Shown here piece by piece: positions 30,691 through 39,570 of a stretch of DNA of 64,000 nt (within the stretch, counting starts at the first letter, position 1; each line of letters opens with the position of its first letter). This stretch comes from Candidatus Latescibacterota bacterium (GTDB lineage Bacteria; Latescibacterota; UBA2968; GCA-2709665), in assembly GCA_965226795.1 (NCBI GenBank), contig CBDDDZ010000005.1, forward strand, positions 1,344,001 to 1,408,000, written 5' to 3'. The notes beneath the pieces are model-generated. The model worked only from the letters and a program-made list of their open reading frames with translations. It did no database searches and was not told where the DNA came from. The position numbers and the translations under genes were made by a program.

Positions 30691-31863
30691 ATGCTCGAGT
30701 TGGCGGAGGCTCTTGTAAATCAGGTGGGCTTTTTGAGCACCGTGCCGATCGGTCTGGTGTCCCTTGCGCTGGGGCTGCTCGCAGGGATCGTGGTTGTCAC
30801 GCTCGTCGCCGTGCTGGGCCTGATTATGGTGTATATGGAAATGAAGATATCGGCCCATATCCAGGACCGATTGGGGCCGATGCGTACCGGCGGATGGCAC
30901 GGCTGGGCTCAGCCGCTTGCCGACGGCGTCAAACTCCTGCTGAAGGAGGACATCATTCCTGCGGCGGCGGACAAAGGGCTTTTCATTCTGGCGCCTCTGC
31001 TGGTATTTTCCGGCGCCCTCGCTGTCTTCGTGTGTATCCCCTTCGGCGGCAGCCTCATCGTGAGCGATCTGGACATCGGTATCTTTTATATTCTGGCCAT
31101 ATCATCGCTGGGCGTCCTGGGCATTCTCATGGCCGGGTGGGCGTCGAACAACAAGTGGTCCCTCCTGGGCGCGATGCGCTCAGCGGCACAGGTTGTGAGC
31201 TATGAAATTCCGGTGGCCATGGCCTTCTTAAGCGTGATCCCGCTTGTGGGTAGTCTAAGCACGCAGAACCTGGTCGCCGCGCAGTCCGGATCGTTATACC
31301 ACTGGTTCGTCTTTCGCAATCCATTTACGTTTCTTGCATTCATCCTTTACTTTATCGCCTCTCTCGCAGAGGTCAACCGGACCCCGTTCGACATACCCGA
31401 GGCCGAATCCGAACTGGTGGCGGGATATCACACCGAATACAGCGGCATGCGCTTCTCGTTCTTTTTCGTGGCGGAATACGCGGCGATGGTGGCTGTAAGC
31501 ATGGTTGGCGCGGTGGTATTTCTGGGTGGCTGGCAGGCACCCTGGGGTGGTTCGTTTCCGGCCGGTCCCATCTGGATGATCGGAAAGGGCCTCTTGCTGG
31601 TAGCGGTGCAGATCTGGATACGATGGACACTTCCGCGGTTGCGCGTCGATCAGTTGATGTTCGTGGGCTGGAAGGTACTGACGCCAGCGGCGTTTATGTG
31701 CCTGTTCGGATCGGTCTTTTGGCACTTTGCCGCTCCCGGATGGCTGCAGGAACTCACGAAGGTTGGACTGATGGGCGTGATGGCCGTTGTTCTTTTCTTC
31801 CTGTTGCGGTCCGCCGCTCAGGGATTGATGCAGGGGCGGACACAGCGGGCCCAAACAGCATGA
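30691..31863 (+). CDS. nuoH: NADH-quinone oxidoreductase subunit H
   Basis: QDRLGP, ADGVKLLLKED, AQVVSYE, NRTPFDIPEAESELVAGYHTEYSG, PRLRVDQL. Confidence 0.96.
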   Translation: MLELAEALVNQVGFLSTVPIGLVSLALGLLAGIVVVTLVAVLGLIMVYMEMKISAHIQDRLGPMRTGGWHGWAQPLADGVKLLLKEDIIPAAADKGLFILAPLLVFSGALAVFVCIPFGGSLIVSDLDIGIFYILAISSLGVLGILMAGWASNNKWSLLGAMRSAAQVVSYEIPVAMAFLSVIPLVGSLSTQNLVAAQSGSLYHWFVFRNPFTFLAFILYFIASLAEVNRTPFDIPEAESELVAGYHTEYSGMRFSFFFVAEYAAMVAVSMVGAVVFLGGWQAPWGGSFPAGPIWMIGKGLLLVAVQIWIRWTLPRLRVDQLMFVGWKVLTPAAFMCLFGSVFWHFAAPGWLQELTKVGLMGVMAVVLFFLLRSAAQGLMQGRTQRAQTA

Positions 31864-31932
31864 TTAGTTGACGAATAGCGTATTCGGGCCATAGTTTAGG
31901 ATCAACTGGACGACTCCTCCAAAGGTGATGCA

Positions 31933-32421
31933 ATGGGATCGTATTTCAGGAATATCTTTCAGTCGGCTTCGTCCATCTGGGTGGGCCTGAATATCACATT
32001 GAAGCATATGTTTACGCCTTCGGTTACCCTGCAGTACCCGGAAGAGCGCTGGCAGATGCCGGAGCGGTCGCGCAACCAGTTGTTCAACGATATCGACGAC
32101 TGTATAGGTTGCGATCAGTGTGCGCGCGCCTGTCCTGTGGATTGCATTTATATCGAATGCGAAAAGGCCGGTCCCGACGAGGATTTGGGTCTGACGTCCA
32201 AGGGAACAAAGAAGCGGCTGAAGGTTCTGCGTTTTGACATCGACATGGGGCTTTGCTGTTATTGTGGTCTTTGTACGTATCCCTGCCCTACCGAATGTCT
32301 TGTCATGACGCCCAATTATGAATCGTCGGTTTACGATCGGACGGATCTGATTTACCGCTACGCCCGTCCCTGGGACTACGTACAAAAGCCCACTGACGCC
32401 GAGTCGGCGGAGCGTCACTAG
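31933..32421 (+). CDS. nuoI: NADH-quinone oxidoreductase subunit I
   Basis: TLQYPEE; two 4Fe-4S motifs CIGCDQCARACP and CCYCGLCTYPCP. Confidence 0.95.
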   Translation: MGSYFRNIFQSASSIWVGLNITLKHMFTPSVTLQYPEERWQMPERSRNQLFNDIDDCIGCDQCARACPVDCIYIECEKAGPDEDLGLTSKGTKKRLKVLRFDIDMGLCCYCGLCTYPCPTECLVMTPNYESSVYDRTDLIYRYARPWDYVQKPTDAESAERH

Positions 32422-32531
32422 ACCGCAGCGGCCCCGTTACTTCGAGGCGCAGGGAACATCGGAGGCCATTCCCGTGCAGACGAAGGCGGGCGTTTTCTGA
32501 TGCCCTGGGGCTTCCACGATTTGGTTGTTAT

Positions 32532-33047
32532 ATGGAACTCTCGACGATTGTGTTTTATCTGTTTGCCGCCGTAACCGTGGGCTCTGCAGCAGCAGTCGTG
32601 TTTGTGAGCCGGCTGATTTATGCGGTGTTTGCTCTGCTGTTTACGTTTTTCGGTGTTGCCGGTCTGTACGTCTTTCTCGATGCCGATTTCCTGGCAGGCG
32701 CGCAGGTATTGATCTATGTAGGAGGAATCCTGATTCTGTTGCTTTTCGGTGTGATGTTGACCAACCGCATCTACGATTTGAATCTGCTGGCCGAACGGGT
32801 GCAGTTTCTACCCAGCGTCGTTGTCGTCGGCGCTGGTTTCGCGCTGCTGGTTATGGTGATCGTGAAGACCTCGTGGCCGCTTTCCGAGGGTCCGGCGCCG
32901 GCTTCCAGTACATCGGAAATTGGCAAGTCGCTCATGACAACCTACGTTCTGCCTTTCGAGGTGGCTGGCATGCTGTTGCTGGCGGCCCTGCTCGGGGCTT
33001 CGATGCTGGCCGGAAAGGGGAAGGGGGAGGAGGAAGGGGACTTATGA
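32532..33047 (+). CDS. nuoJ: NADH-quinone oxidoreductase subunit J
   Basis: ADFL...QVLIYVGGI.IL.LFGVMLT, YVLPFE. Confidence 0.94.
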   Translation: MELSTIVFYLFAAVTVGSAAAVVFVSRLIYAVFALLFTFFGVAGLYVFLDADFLAGAQVLIYVGGILILLLFGVMLTNRIYDLNLLAERVQFLPSVVVVGAGFALLVMVIVKTSWPLSEGPAPASSTSEIGKSLMTTYVLPFEVAGMLLLAALLGASMLAGKGKGEEEGDL

Positions 33048-33349
33048 TTGGATTGGAACACTATCTGGTCGTGGGGGCCATTCTTTTCTGCCTGGGTATT
33101 CTGGCGGTTGCCACGCGTCGCAACGCGATTAGCATTCTGATGGGGGTGGAACTCATACTGAATGCCGCGAATCTGAATCTTGTCGCGTTTGCGCGGTTCT
33201 CCGATTCGGGATTGGAAGGGCAGGTTTTCGCCGTTTTCGTCATTGTCCTCGCGGCGGCGGAAGCGGCGGTTGCGCTGGCGATCGTTTTGAATATTTACCG
33301 CAATTATCAGATGGTCAACGTAGACAGACTGGACTCGTTGAGCGGATGA
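33044..33349 (+). CDS. nuoK: NADH-quinone oxidoreductase subunit K
   Basis: RRNAI..LMGVELILNAANLN, AAAEAAVALAI; ATGA overlap with the nuoJ stop. Confidence 0.95.
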   Translation: MIGLEHYLVVGAILFCLGILAVATRRNAISILMGVELILNAANLNLVAFARFSDSGLEGQVFAVFVIVLAAAEAAVALAIVLNIYRNYQMVNVDRLDSLSG

Positions 33350-33366
33350 CGTCTCCGGGAGAGTAA

Positions 33367-35448
33367 ATGCCCTTAGATCTGCTTCTCATCCCTGTTCTAC
33401 CTCTTGCTGCCTTTGCCGTACAAACTTTCTGGGGAAGGCGCCTGCCTCGTGGGGGCGATTGGGTACCCCTTGCGGCTATTTCCATTGCGTTTCTTCTTTC
33501 CCTCCGGTATTTCATCCAGGCGCTTTCGGCCTACGATTCCGGCTGGCACCTTGAGCTCGATTCGTGGGTCTGGCTGGATTTGAGCGCCGCGACGATTACG
33601 GTTGGACTGCTGGTCGACAATTTGACTGCCGTCATGTTGATGGTTGTGACGGTCGTGAGCGGACTGGTGCACCTCTATTCGGTAGGCTATATGCACGGAG
33701 ACCCGCGTTATTCCCGGTTTTTCGGGTTTCTGGCGATTTTTTCGTTTTCGATGCTGGGCCTGGTTCTGGTCGACAATTTCCTGCTGCTTTATGTCTTCTG
33801 GGAGCTTGTCGGGCTCTCTTCCTATCTGCTGATCGGGTTCTGGTACGAAAAACCGGCGGCGGCGGCGGCATGCAAAAAAGCGTTTCTGGTGAACCGTGTG
33901 GGCGACCTCGGCTTTTTCGTAGGCATTATGATCGTGTTCTGGAAGGTCGGCGCTTTCGACTTCGCAAGTGTTTACGACGGGGTTGCCGCCGGGCGGCTTG
34001 GCGGGGGAATGCTGACGGTTGCGGGCCTGTGTCTGTTCTGCGGCGCGGTGGGCAAGTCGGCGCAGTTTCCGCTGCACGTCTGGTTGCCGGACGCTATGGA
34101 AGGTCCTACGCCCGTCAGTGCGCTGATCCATGCCGCTACCATGGTTGCCGCTGGCGTGTATTTGGTCACAAGGATGTTCCCGATCCTGACACCCGACGCG
34201 CTGGTGGTGATCGCTTACATCGGAGCGATTACGGCAATTCTGGGCGCAACCATCGCCGTGGCCCAGTACGACATCAAGCGTGTCCTAGCTTATTCGACCA
34301 TCAGCCAGCTGGGTTATATGATAATGGGTCTGGGCGTAGGCGCGTATGTGGCCGGATTTTTTCACCTGATGACCCACGCGGCTTTCAAGGCATGCCTCTT
34401 TCTCGGATCGGGCAGCGTGATCCATGCGGTTGAACATGCATTCCACCGGACACATAACGACAGCGACCCGCAGGATATGCGAAATATGGGAGGGCTGCGC
34501 GCGAAAATGCCGCTGACCTTTTGGACCTTTCTTGTTGCGACCGTGGCCCTGGCTGGCGTACCGCTAACGTCCGGATTTCTCAGCAAAGACGCAATTCTGG
34601 CCGCGGCGCTGGGATTCGGCGGATTCTCCCGTCCCGCGCATTTCCTGCTGCCCCTGTTCGGGTTTGCCGCCGGTGGTTTAACGGCCTTTTATATGTTCCG
34701 CCTGATCTTTCTCACGTTTTATGGAGAGCCGAGGGACAAGTCCCTTGTCAAATACGCCCACGAATCCCCGCGCGTGATGACCGTTCCGCTGATTGTACTG
34801 GCGGTGCTGAGTATCTGGATCTTTTATGCCTGGAACCCGCTGGGAGGAGAGGGCTGGTTTCACCATCTCGTGAAGGCCCCCGAAGCGGGGCTGCTTGCGG
34901 CTAAAGGCGAACCATTGTCGATTGGAACAACCGGAGTCGACGCTTATGCGGCTGGTACGTACAACGACGCGGCGCACGCAGCGCACTACCCGGCGATGAT
35001 CCTCTCTTTATTGATTGCCGGTGCGGGCATCTATACGGCCTATCGGCGGTACTTTAATCGGCGGGAGGAAATGATCGCGTTGGAGGAAGCATCGCTTCAG
35101 TCGGGTGGGTTCTTCCGCACGTTGAACCGGAAGTGGTATTTCGATGAAATATACGAAGCCACCTTTGTCCAATCCGTAATGGTCGGACGAACGGTGTTGA
35201 ATTGGTTCGACATTCACATTGTGGACGGTCTCGTGAATCTGTTGGCCACGGTGACCCGGGGTATTTCATTCATCGATCGATTGTTCGACGAATGGGTGGT
35301 CGATGGGCTCGTGAACGCCGTTGCCGGGGTGATCGGGTGGGCCGGCGCAGGGCTGAGACGTATTCAGACGGGCCGCCTACAGACCTATGTTGTTCTGGTG
35401 ATGGCAGGCATTCTGGTCCTGATGGTGATCCGACTGATGGTTGCTTGA
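33367..35448 (+). CDS. nuoL: NADH-quinone oxidoreductase subunit L
   Basis: WELVGLSSYLLIGFW, GKSAQFPLHVWLPDAMEGPTPVSALIHAATMV, FHLMTHA.FKA, QTG.LQ.Y. Confidence 0.97.
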   Translation: MPLDLLLIPVLPLAAFAVQTFWGRRLPRGGDWVPLAAISIAFLLSLRYFIQALSAYDSGWHLELDSWVWLDLSAATITVGLLVDNLTAVMLMVVTVVSGLVHLYSVGYMHGDPRYSRFFGFLAIFSFSMLGLVLVDNFLLLYVFWELVGLSSYLLIGFWYEKPAAAAACKKAFLVNRVGDLGFFVGIMIVFWKVGAFDFASVYDGVAAGRLGGGMLTVAGLCLFCGAVGKSAQFPLHVWLPDAMEGPTPVSALIHAATMVAAGVYLVTRMFPILTPDALVVIAYIGAITAILGATIAVAQYDIKRVLAYSTISQLGYMIMGLGVGAYVAGFFHLMTHAAFKACLFLGSGSVIHAVEHAFHRTHNDSDPQDMRNMGGLRAKMPLTFWTFLVATVALAGVPLTSGFLSKDAILAAALGFGGFSRPAHFLLPLFGFAAGGLTAFYMFRLIFLTFYGEPRDKSLVKYAHESPRVMTVPLIVLAVLSIWIFYAWNPLGGEGWFHHLVKAPEAGLLAAKGEPLSIGTTGVDAYAAGTYNDAAHAAHYPAMILSLLIAGAGIYTAYRRYFNRREEMIALEEASLQSGGFFRTLNRKWYFDEIYEATFVQSVMVGRTVLNWFDIHIVDGLVNLLATVTRGISFIDRLFDEWVVDGLVNAVAGVIGWAGAGLRRIQTGRLQTYVVLVMAGILVLMVIRLMVA

Positions 35449-35486
35449 AATCCGGAGATGATTCAACGGCTATCGCGGGTTCTTCA

Positions 35487-35646
35487 TTTAAGACGCTCTA
35501 CGGGCGCTTGTTCAGGTTTGAGGGAAACCGGACTATTTTTTTGGTTCGGGCAGACGGATCCGCTACAAGTCTACGAGTTGAAGCACTGCGTCGCCCTCGC
35601 CCTTACGTATTACCGCGTAAAACACCTGCCGTTACCCGGCGCGTGA
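35487..35646 (+). pseudogene. Frameshifted C-terminal relic, probably of a DUF1801-type gene
   Basis: FKTLYGRLFRFEGNRTI in one frame continues after a shift at the T7 run (35536-35542) as WFGQTDPLQVYELKHCVALALTYYRVKHLPLPGA*; FEGNR and ELKHC..LALTY recall DUF1801 C-termini; no N-terminal half present. Confidence 0.55.
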
Positions 35647-35778
35647 GACGATTCGAAGCGTGCCCGCCTCAATGCGCGGCATCCCGGTCCCGTACAGGAG
35701 CCCGGAAATTTGCACAGGGCGGGGCTCCCTGCAGTCCGCCACATGCCATACGACTTTGATTGGGGAGGTAGCCGACAG

Positions 35779-37356
35779 ATGGCGCAATGGATTTTGACCC
35801 TTTTAACGTTTATTCCAGTGTTGGGTGCGGGGGTGATTCTGCTGTTGCCGGGCAGGGCGGTCGGTGCGATTCGCCGGGTTGCGCTGGCTTCGACCGGGCT
35901 CTGCCTTCTGCTGGCGATCTGGTTGTTTCAGGATTTCGATCGGACCTTACCCGATATGCAATACGAAGTGCGCCTACCCTGGATCGAGTCGTTCAACATC
36001 CAATATTATATGGGCATAGACGGCCTGAGTGTTTCGATGGTGCTGTTGACGGCGCTGCTGGGTTTCCTGTGCGTTCCCGCCTCCTGGACCATCAACCGTG
36101 GGGTGAAGGGATATTTCGCGCTGTTTCTACTGTTAGAGACAGGCATGCAGGGTGTGTTCGTGTCGCTCGATTTCTTCCTGTTCTACGTGTTCTGGGAAGT
36201 GATGCTGTTGCCGATGTATTTCCTGATCGGGATCTGGGGAGGGGCAAGAAAGGAATATGCTGCCATAAAGTTCTTTCTGTATACATTGACGGGGAGCGTT
36301 TTGTTATTGCTGGTGATGCTGGCGTTTTACTTCAATGTCGCCGATCCGGACACAGGGAAACATACGTTCAATATGCCGGTGATGATGGACCAGGCCAATC
36401 ATTCAGAATGGCTCCGCGCCGGGATGATATTCGGGTATTCGGCTCCGGTAGTGATCTGGATTGCCATGTTTATCGGTTTTGCCATCAAAGTGCCCCTGTT
36501 TCCATTTCACACCTGGCTTCCGGACGCCCACGTAGAAGCGCCTACGGCCATCAGCGTGATTCTGGCCGGGGTACTGTTAAAAATGGGCACATACGGTATT
36601 TTAAGGTTCAATTACCCGATGTTGCCCGATGTGACACGCGATTTCAGCTATTTTCTGGCCGTGATCGGGGTCATTAACATCATTTATGGCGCGCTTGTCG
36701 CAATGGCGCAGACAGATTTGAAGAGACTGGTGGCGTACTCCAGCATCAGTCATATGGGTTTTGTAATGCTTGGTATGTCGTCGTTTACGCCCCACGGTAT
36801 CAACGGGGCGGTATTTCAGATGTTCAACCACGGAACCATCACGGCGATGTTGTTTCTGCTCGTGGGCGTCATTTACGACCGGGCTCACCACCGGTATATT
36901 GTCTATCCCAACGATTACGAAGATCCGGATCTGCGTGGGAAACTGGGATTTGGCGGGCTGTGGTCGCACATGCCAGTGTACGGCAGTCTGACGATGGTGG
37001 CATACTTCGCCGCACTGGGATTGCCGGGGCTTTCAGGGTTTATCAGCGAAGCGCTATGCTTCCTGGGTGCATTCCAGGTCCATCAAACAATGACAATCCT
37101 GGGCACTCTGGGGGTGCTTTTGGGTGCGGCATACATGCTCTGGGCTTTTCAGCGTCTGTTCATGGGGCCGTTTAACGAAAGGTGGAGGGATCTGCCCGAG
37201 ATTAACGGTCGCGAGATCTTCAGCGTGGCGCCGCTGGCGGTCATCGTCATTGTTCTCGGCATTTATCCCGCACCAGTGCTGGACCTGCTGGCGGAGTCTC
37301 TCGGAGAACTCGTAAAGGATCTTAACGTGCCGGTTATGTCCGCGATGCAGCGCTAG
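35779..37356 (+). CDS. nuoM: NADH-quinone oxidoreductase subunit M
   Basis: GIDGLS, FWEVMLLPMYFLIG, FAIKVPLFPFHTWLPDAHVEAP, LLKMGTYG, GLPGLSGFISE; start MAQWIL after GGAGG. Confidence 0.97.
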   Translation: MAQWILTLLTFIPVLGAGVILLLPGRAVGAIRRVALASTGLCLLLAIWLFQDFDRTLPDMQYEVRLPWIESFNIQYYMGIDGLSVSMVLLTALLGFLCVPASWTINRGVKGYFALFLLLETGMQGVFVSLDFFLFYVFWEVMLLPMYFLIGIWGGARKEYAAIKFFLYTLTGSVLLLLVMLAFYFNVADPDTGKHTFNMPVMMDQANHSEWLRAGMIFGYSAPVVIWIAMFIGFAIKVPLFPFHTWLPDAHVEAPTAISVILAGVLLKMGTYGILRFNYPMLPDVTRDFSYFLAVIGVINIIYGALVAMAQTDLKRLVAYSSISHMGFVMLGMSSFTPHGINGAVFQMFNHGTITAMLFLLVGVIYDRAHHRYIVYPNDYEDPDLRGKLGFGGLWSHMPVYGSLTMVAYFAALGLPGLSGFISEALCFLGAFQVHQTMTILGTLGVLLGAAYMLWAFQRLFMGPFNERWRDLPEINGREIFSVAPLAVIVIVLGIYPAPVLDLLAESLGELVKDLNVPVMSAMQR

Positions 37357-37360
37357 GTGC

Positions 37361-38959
37361 ATGACAGACAGTCCGATTTCCCCGGACTTCGGTGGGAACG
37401 GGCCCGTCACCGATGGGAGGAACGACCTTGTGGCCGAGGTCATTGGAAACGCGGTCGCAGTGAATCTCGACGGCCTGCAGTATATCTGGCCGGAGATCAT
37501 CATCACGGTTGCAATTCTTGGAATTGTGACCATCGATCTGATCCTGACCGGAAAGAAAAAGGCATTGTTGACGGGGCTGTCGCTTGTGGTACTTGTAGTA
37601 TGCCTGATTTCGATTGCCGGTTTGTACGACGAGGCACCCAGGTCGTTGTTTATGGGCATGATCGCTCTGGATGGTTTTGCCCTGTTCTTCAAGCTTCTGA
37701 TTGTGATCACAACCATCGTGGTCACACTGTTCGGCTTGCAGTCGCGGGACATCGACGCCGACCGGATCGGTGAATTCTACGCGCTCTTTCTTTCGGTCGC
37801 ACTTGGCGGCTTCCTGATGGCCGGTGCAACCAATTTGCTGATGATGTATCTTGCGCTCGAGTTGGTCAGTCTGCCGTCCTATGTGCTTGCTGGCTATCAG
37901 AAACGGGTGCGGCGATCCAACGAGGCGGCGCTGAAATATGTGGTATACGGCGGGGTGTCTTCAGGCATCATGCTGTATGGATTTTCCTTGATCTACGGAT
38001 TGACGGGGACGCTGGACATTTACGGGATTGCGGCTCGTCTGGGAACCACAGCGCCGTACGAACTGACGTTGTTTCTCGGTGCGACGCTCGCAATGGCAGG
38101 GTTTGGCTACAAGGTGGCTTCGGTCCCGTTTCATTTCTGGTGTCCTGACGTATATGAGGGCGCGCCTACACCCGTGACGGCGTTCTTCTCGGTCGCTCCC
38201 AAAGCGGTCGGTTTCGCTATGCTCGCGCGGTTCTTTTACGTGGGTCTATCCGCTTACGATGGCACTTCGGGTACGGGTACCACGCTGGGTGTGGCATGGC
38301 CGCAGTTGCTCGCCCTCATTTCAGCCTTTACGATGACGCTGGGCAATCTGACGGCCATCTGGCAGCGCAACCTGAAGAGACTGCTGGCGTACTCCAGTAT
38401 TGCCCACGCGGGATATATGATGATGGGCGTGGTGATGTTGTCGTCAGCGGGACTAAAGGCAGTGATGTTTTATACGGGCGCGTATCTGTTTATGAATCTG
38501 GGTGCGTTCCTGGTTGTTTTGCTTTTGGCCGAAAGCATCGGAAGTGAGGATATTGAGGATTACAGGGGCCTGGGTTGGCGGTCACCCTGGATCGCGCTTG
38601 CGATGTCTGCATTTCTTTTTTCGCTCACCGGATTGCCGCCGACGGCAGGGTTTGTAGGAAAGGTGTATCTGTTCGCCGCTGTGGTCGATGGTGGGCTCTA
38701 CTGGCTGGCTGTGGTGGGTGCGTTAAACAGCGCAGTTTCCTTGTATTATTATGCAAGGGTCGTGCGCGCAATGTACCTGGAGAAACCCACTTCAGATACA
38801 CCGGTCGTTATTTCCCGGTTCGCCACCGCCACCTTGGCGATGTTGTTTGTCGGAACCCTGCTGTTTGGCGTCTACTGGGCGCCGCTGGCCGATTTGGCTG
38901 AAACGTCGACCGCGATCTTTCTGAACGGAGATGGAGCAGTTCAGGCATTGATGCGGTAA
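37361..38959 (+). CDS. nuoN: NADH-quinone oxidoreductase subunit N
   Basis: EAALKY, KVASVPFHFWCPDVYEGAPTP, KRLLAYSSIAHAG, SLTGLPP..GF.GK, SLYYY. Confidence 0.96.
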   Translation: MTDSPISPDFGGNGPVTDGRNDLVAEVIGNAVAVNLDGLQYIWPEIIITVAILGIVTIDLILTGKKKALLTGLSLVVLVVCLISIAGLYDEAPRSLFMGMIALDGFALFFKLLIVITTIVVTLFGLQSRDIDADRIGEFYALFLSVALGGFLMAGATNLLMMYLALELVSLPSYVLAGYQKRVRRSNEAALKYVVYGGVSSGIMLYGFSLIYGLTGTLDIYGIAARLGTTAPYELTLFLGATLAMAGFGYKVASVPFHFWCPDVYEGAPTPVTAFFSVAPKAVGFAMLARFFYVGLSAYDGTSGTGTTLGVAWPQLLALISAFTMTLGNLTAIWQRNLKRLLAYSSIAHAGYMMMGVVMLSSAGLKAVMFYTGAYLFMNLGAFLVVLLLAESIGSEDIEDYRGLGWRSPWIALAMSAFLFSLTGLPPTAGFVGKVYLFAAVVDGGLYWLAVVGALNSAVSLYYYARVVRAMYLEKPTSDTPVVISRFATATLAMLFVGTLLFGVYWAPLADLAETSTAIFLNGDGAVQALMR

Positions 38960-39045
38960 ACGCATGTGCGGATCTGGCGAACGGCGCCAAAATGCGGCAA
39001 ATGGCATGGGACCCGATGCGGAAACGTTGTTTCGGGAAAGACATT

Positions 39046-39082
39046 ATAAAGGCCCCGCGGTGTTGCATCGCGGGGCCTTTAT
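39046..39082. terminator. Bidirectional terminator-like hairpin between nuoN and the PqqD-like gene
   Basis: ATAAAGGCCCCGCG...CGCGGGGCCTTTAT perfect 14-bp inverted repeat between convergent genes. Confidence 0.8.
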
Positions 39083-39105
39083 CCGTTGGGACGCGAACAA
39101 ATAAT

Positions 39106-39531
39106 CTACCTCCAGGCTTTTCCGCTGGCGCTTCTCTTCTTTTTCCGCAGGTCGTTTTTCTCAACCAGAAACCCGAGCAGATTTTTACGCCCGAGGGTTC
39201 TAAGGTAGCTCAAAAGAGAGATTTCAGCTTCCTTTGCATTGAGTTTGTGGGTTTCGCACAGGCGTTTTATCATTGCAGCCACCGTTGTGCGTCCGTCGCA
39301 CATCTCCCATACCTGAGTGCCGATTTCATCCAGTACCAGCGTTCGTTTTTCGGGTACCCAGAAGATTTTGGAAAGAATCTTAACTCTGGTGGTATCTGCA
39401 CGTCTCAGCGTGATGGTCACTTCGTCGTCTTTGTTCGTTTTCCATTCCAACTGGCTGTTCCGCGCTGGTTTGGAGTTGAACATCGCTTCTCGGCTGATCT
39501 TAGGCTGCCTTTTTGATGAAAACAGCGCCAT
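39106..39531 (-). CDS. PqqD-family (RiPP recognition element-like) protein
   Basis: LDEIGTQVWEMCDGRTTV..MI..L......EAE.SL..YL..L winged-helix pattern. Confidence 0.8.
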   Translation of the reverse strand: MALFSSKRQPKISREAMFNSKPARNSQLEWKTNKDDEVTITLRRADTTRVKILSKIFWVPEKRTLVLDEIGTQVWEMCDGRTTVAAMIKRLCETHKLNAKEAEISLLSYLRTLGRKNLLGFLVEKNDLRKKKRSASGKAWR

Positions 39532-39570
39532 TTGGCTTCCTGCGGTTAAGGGATACAGACGGGCCAACCG

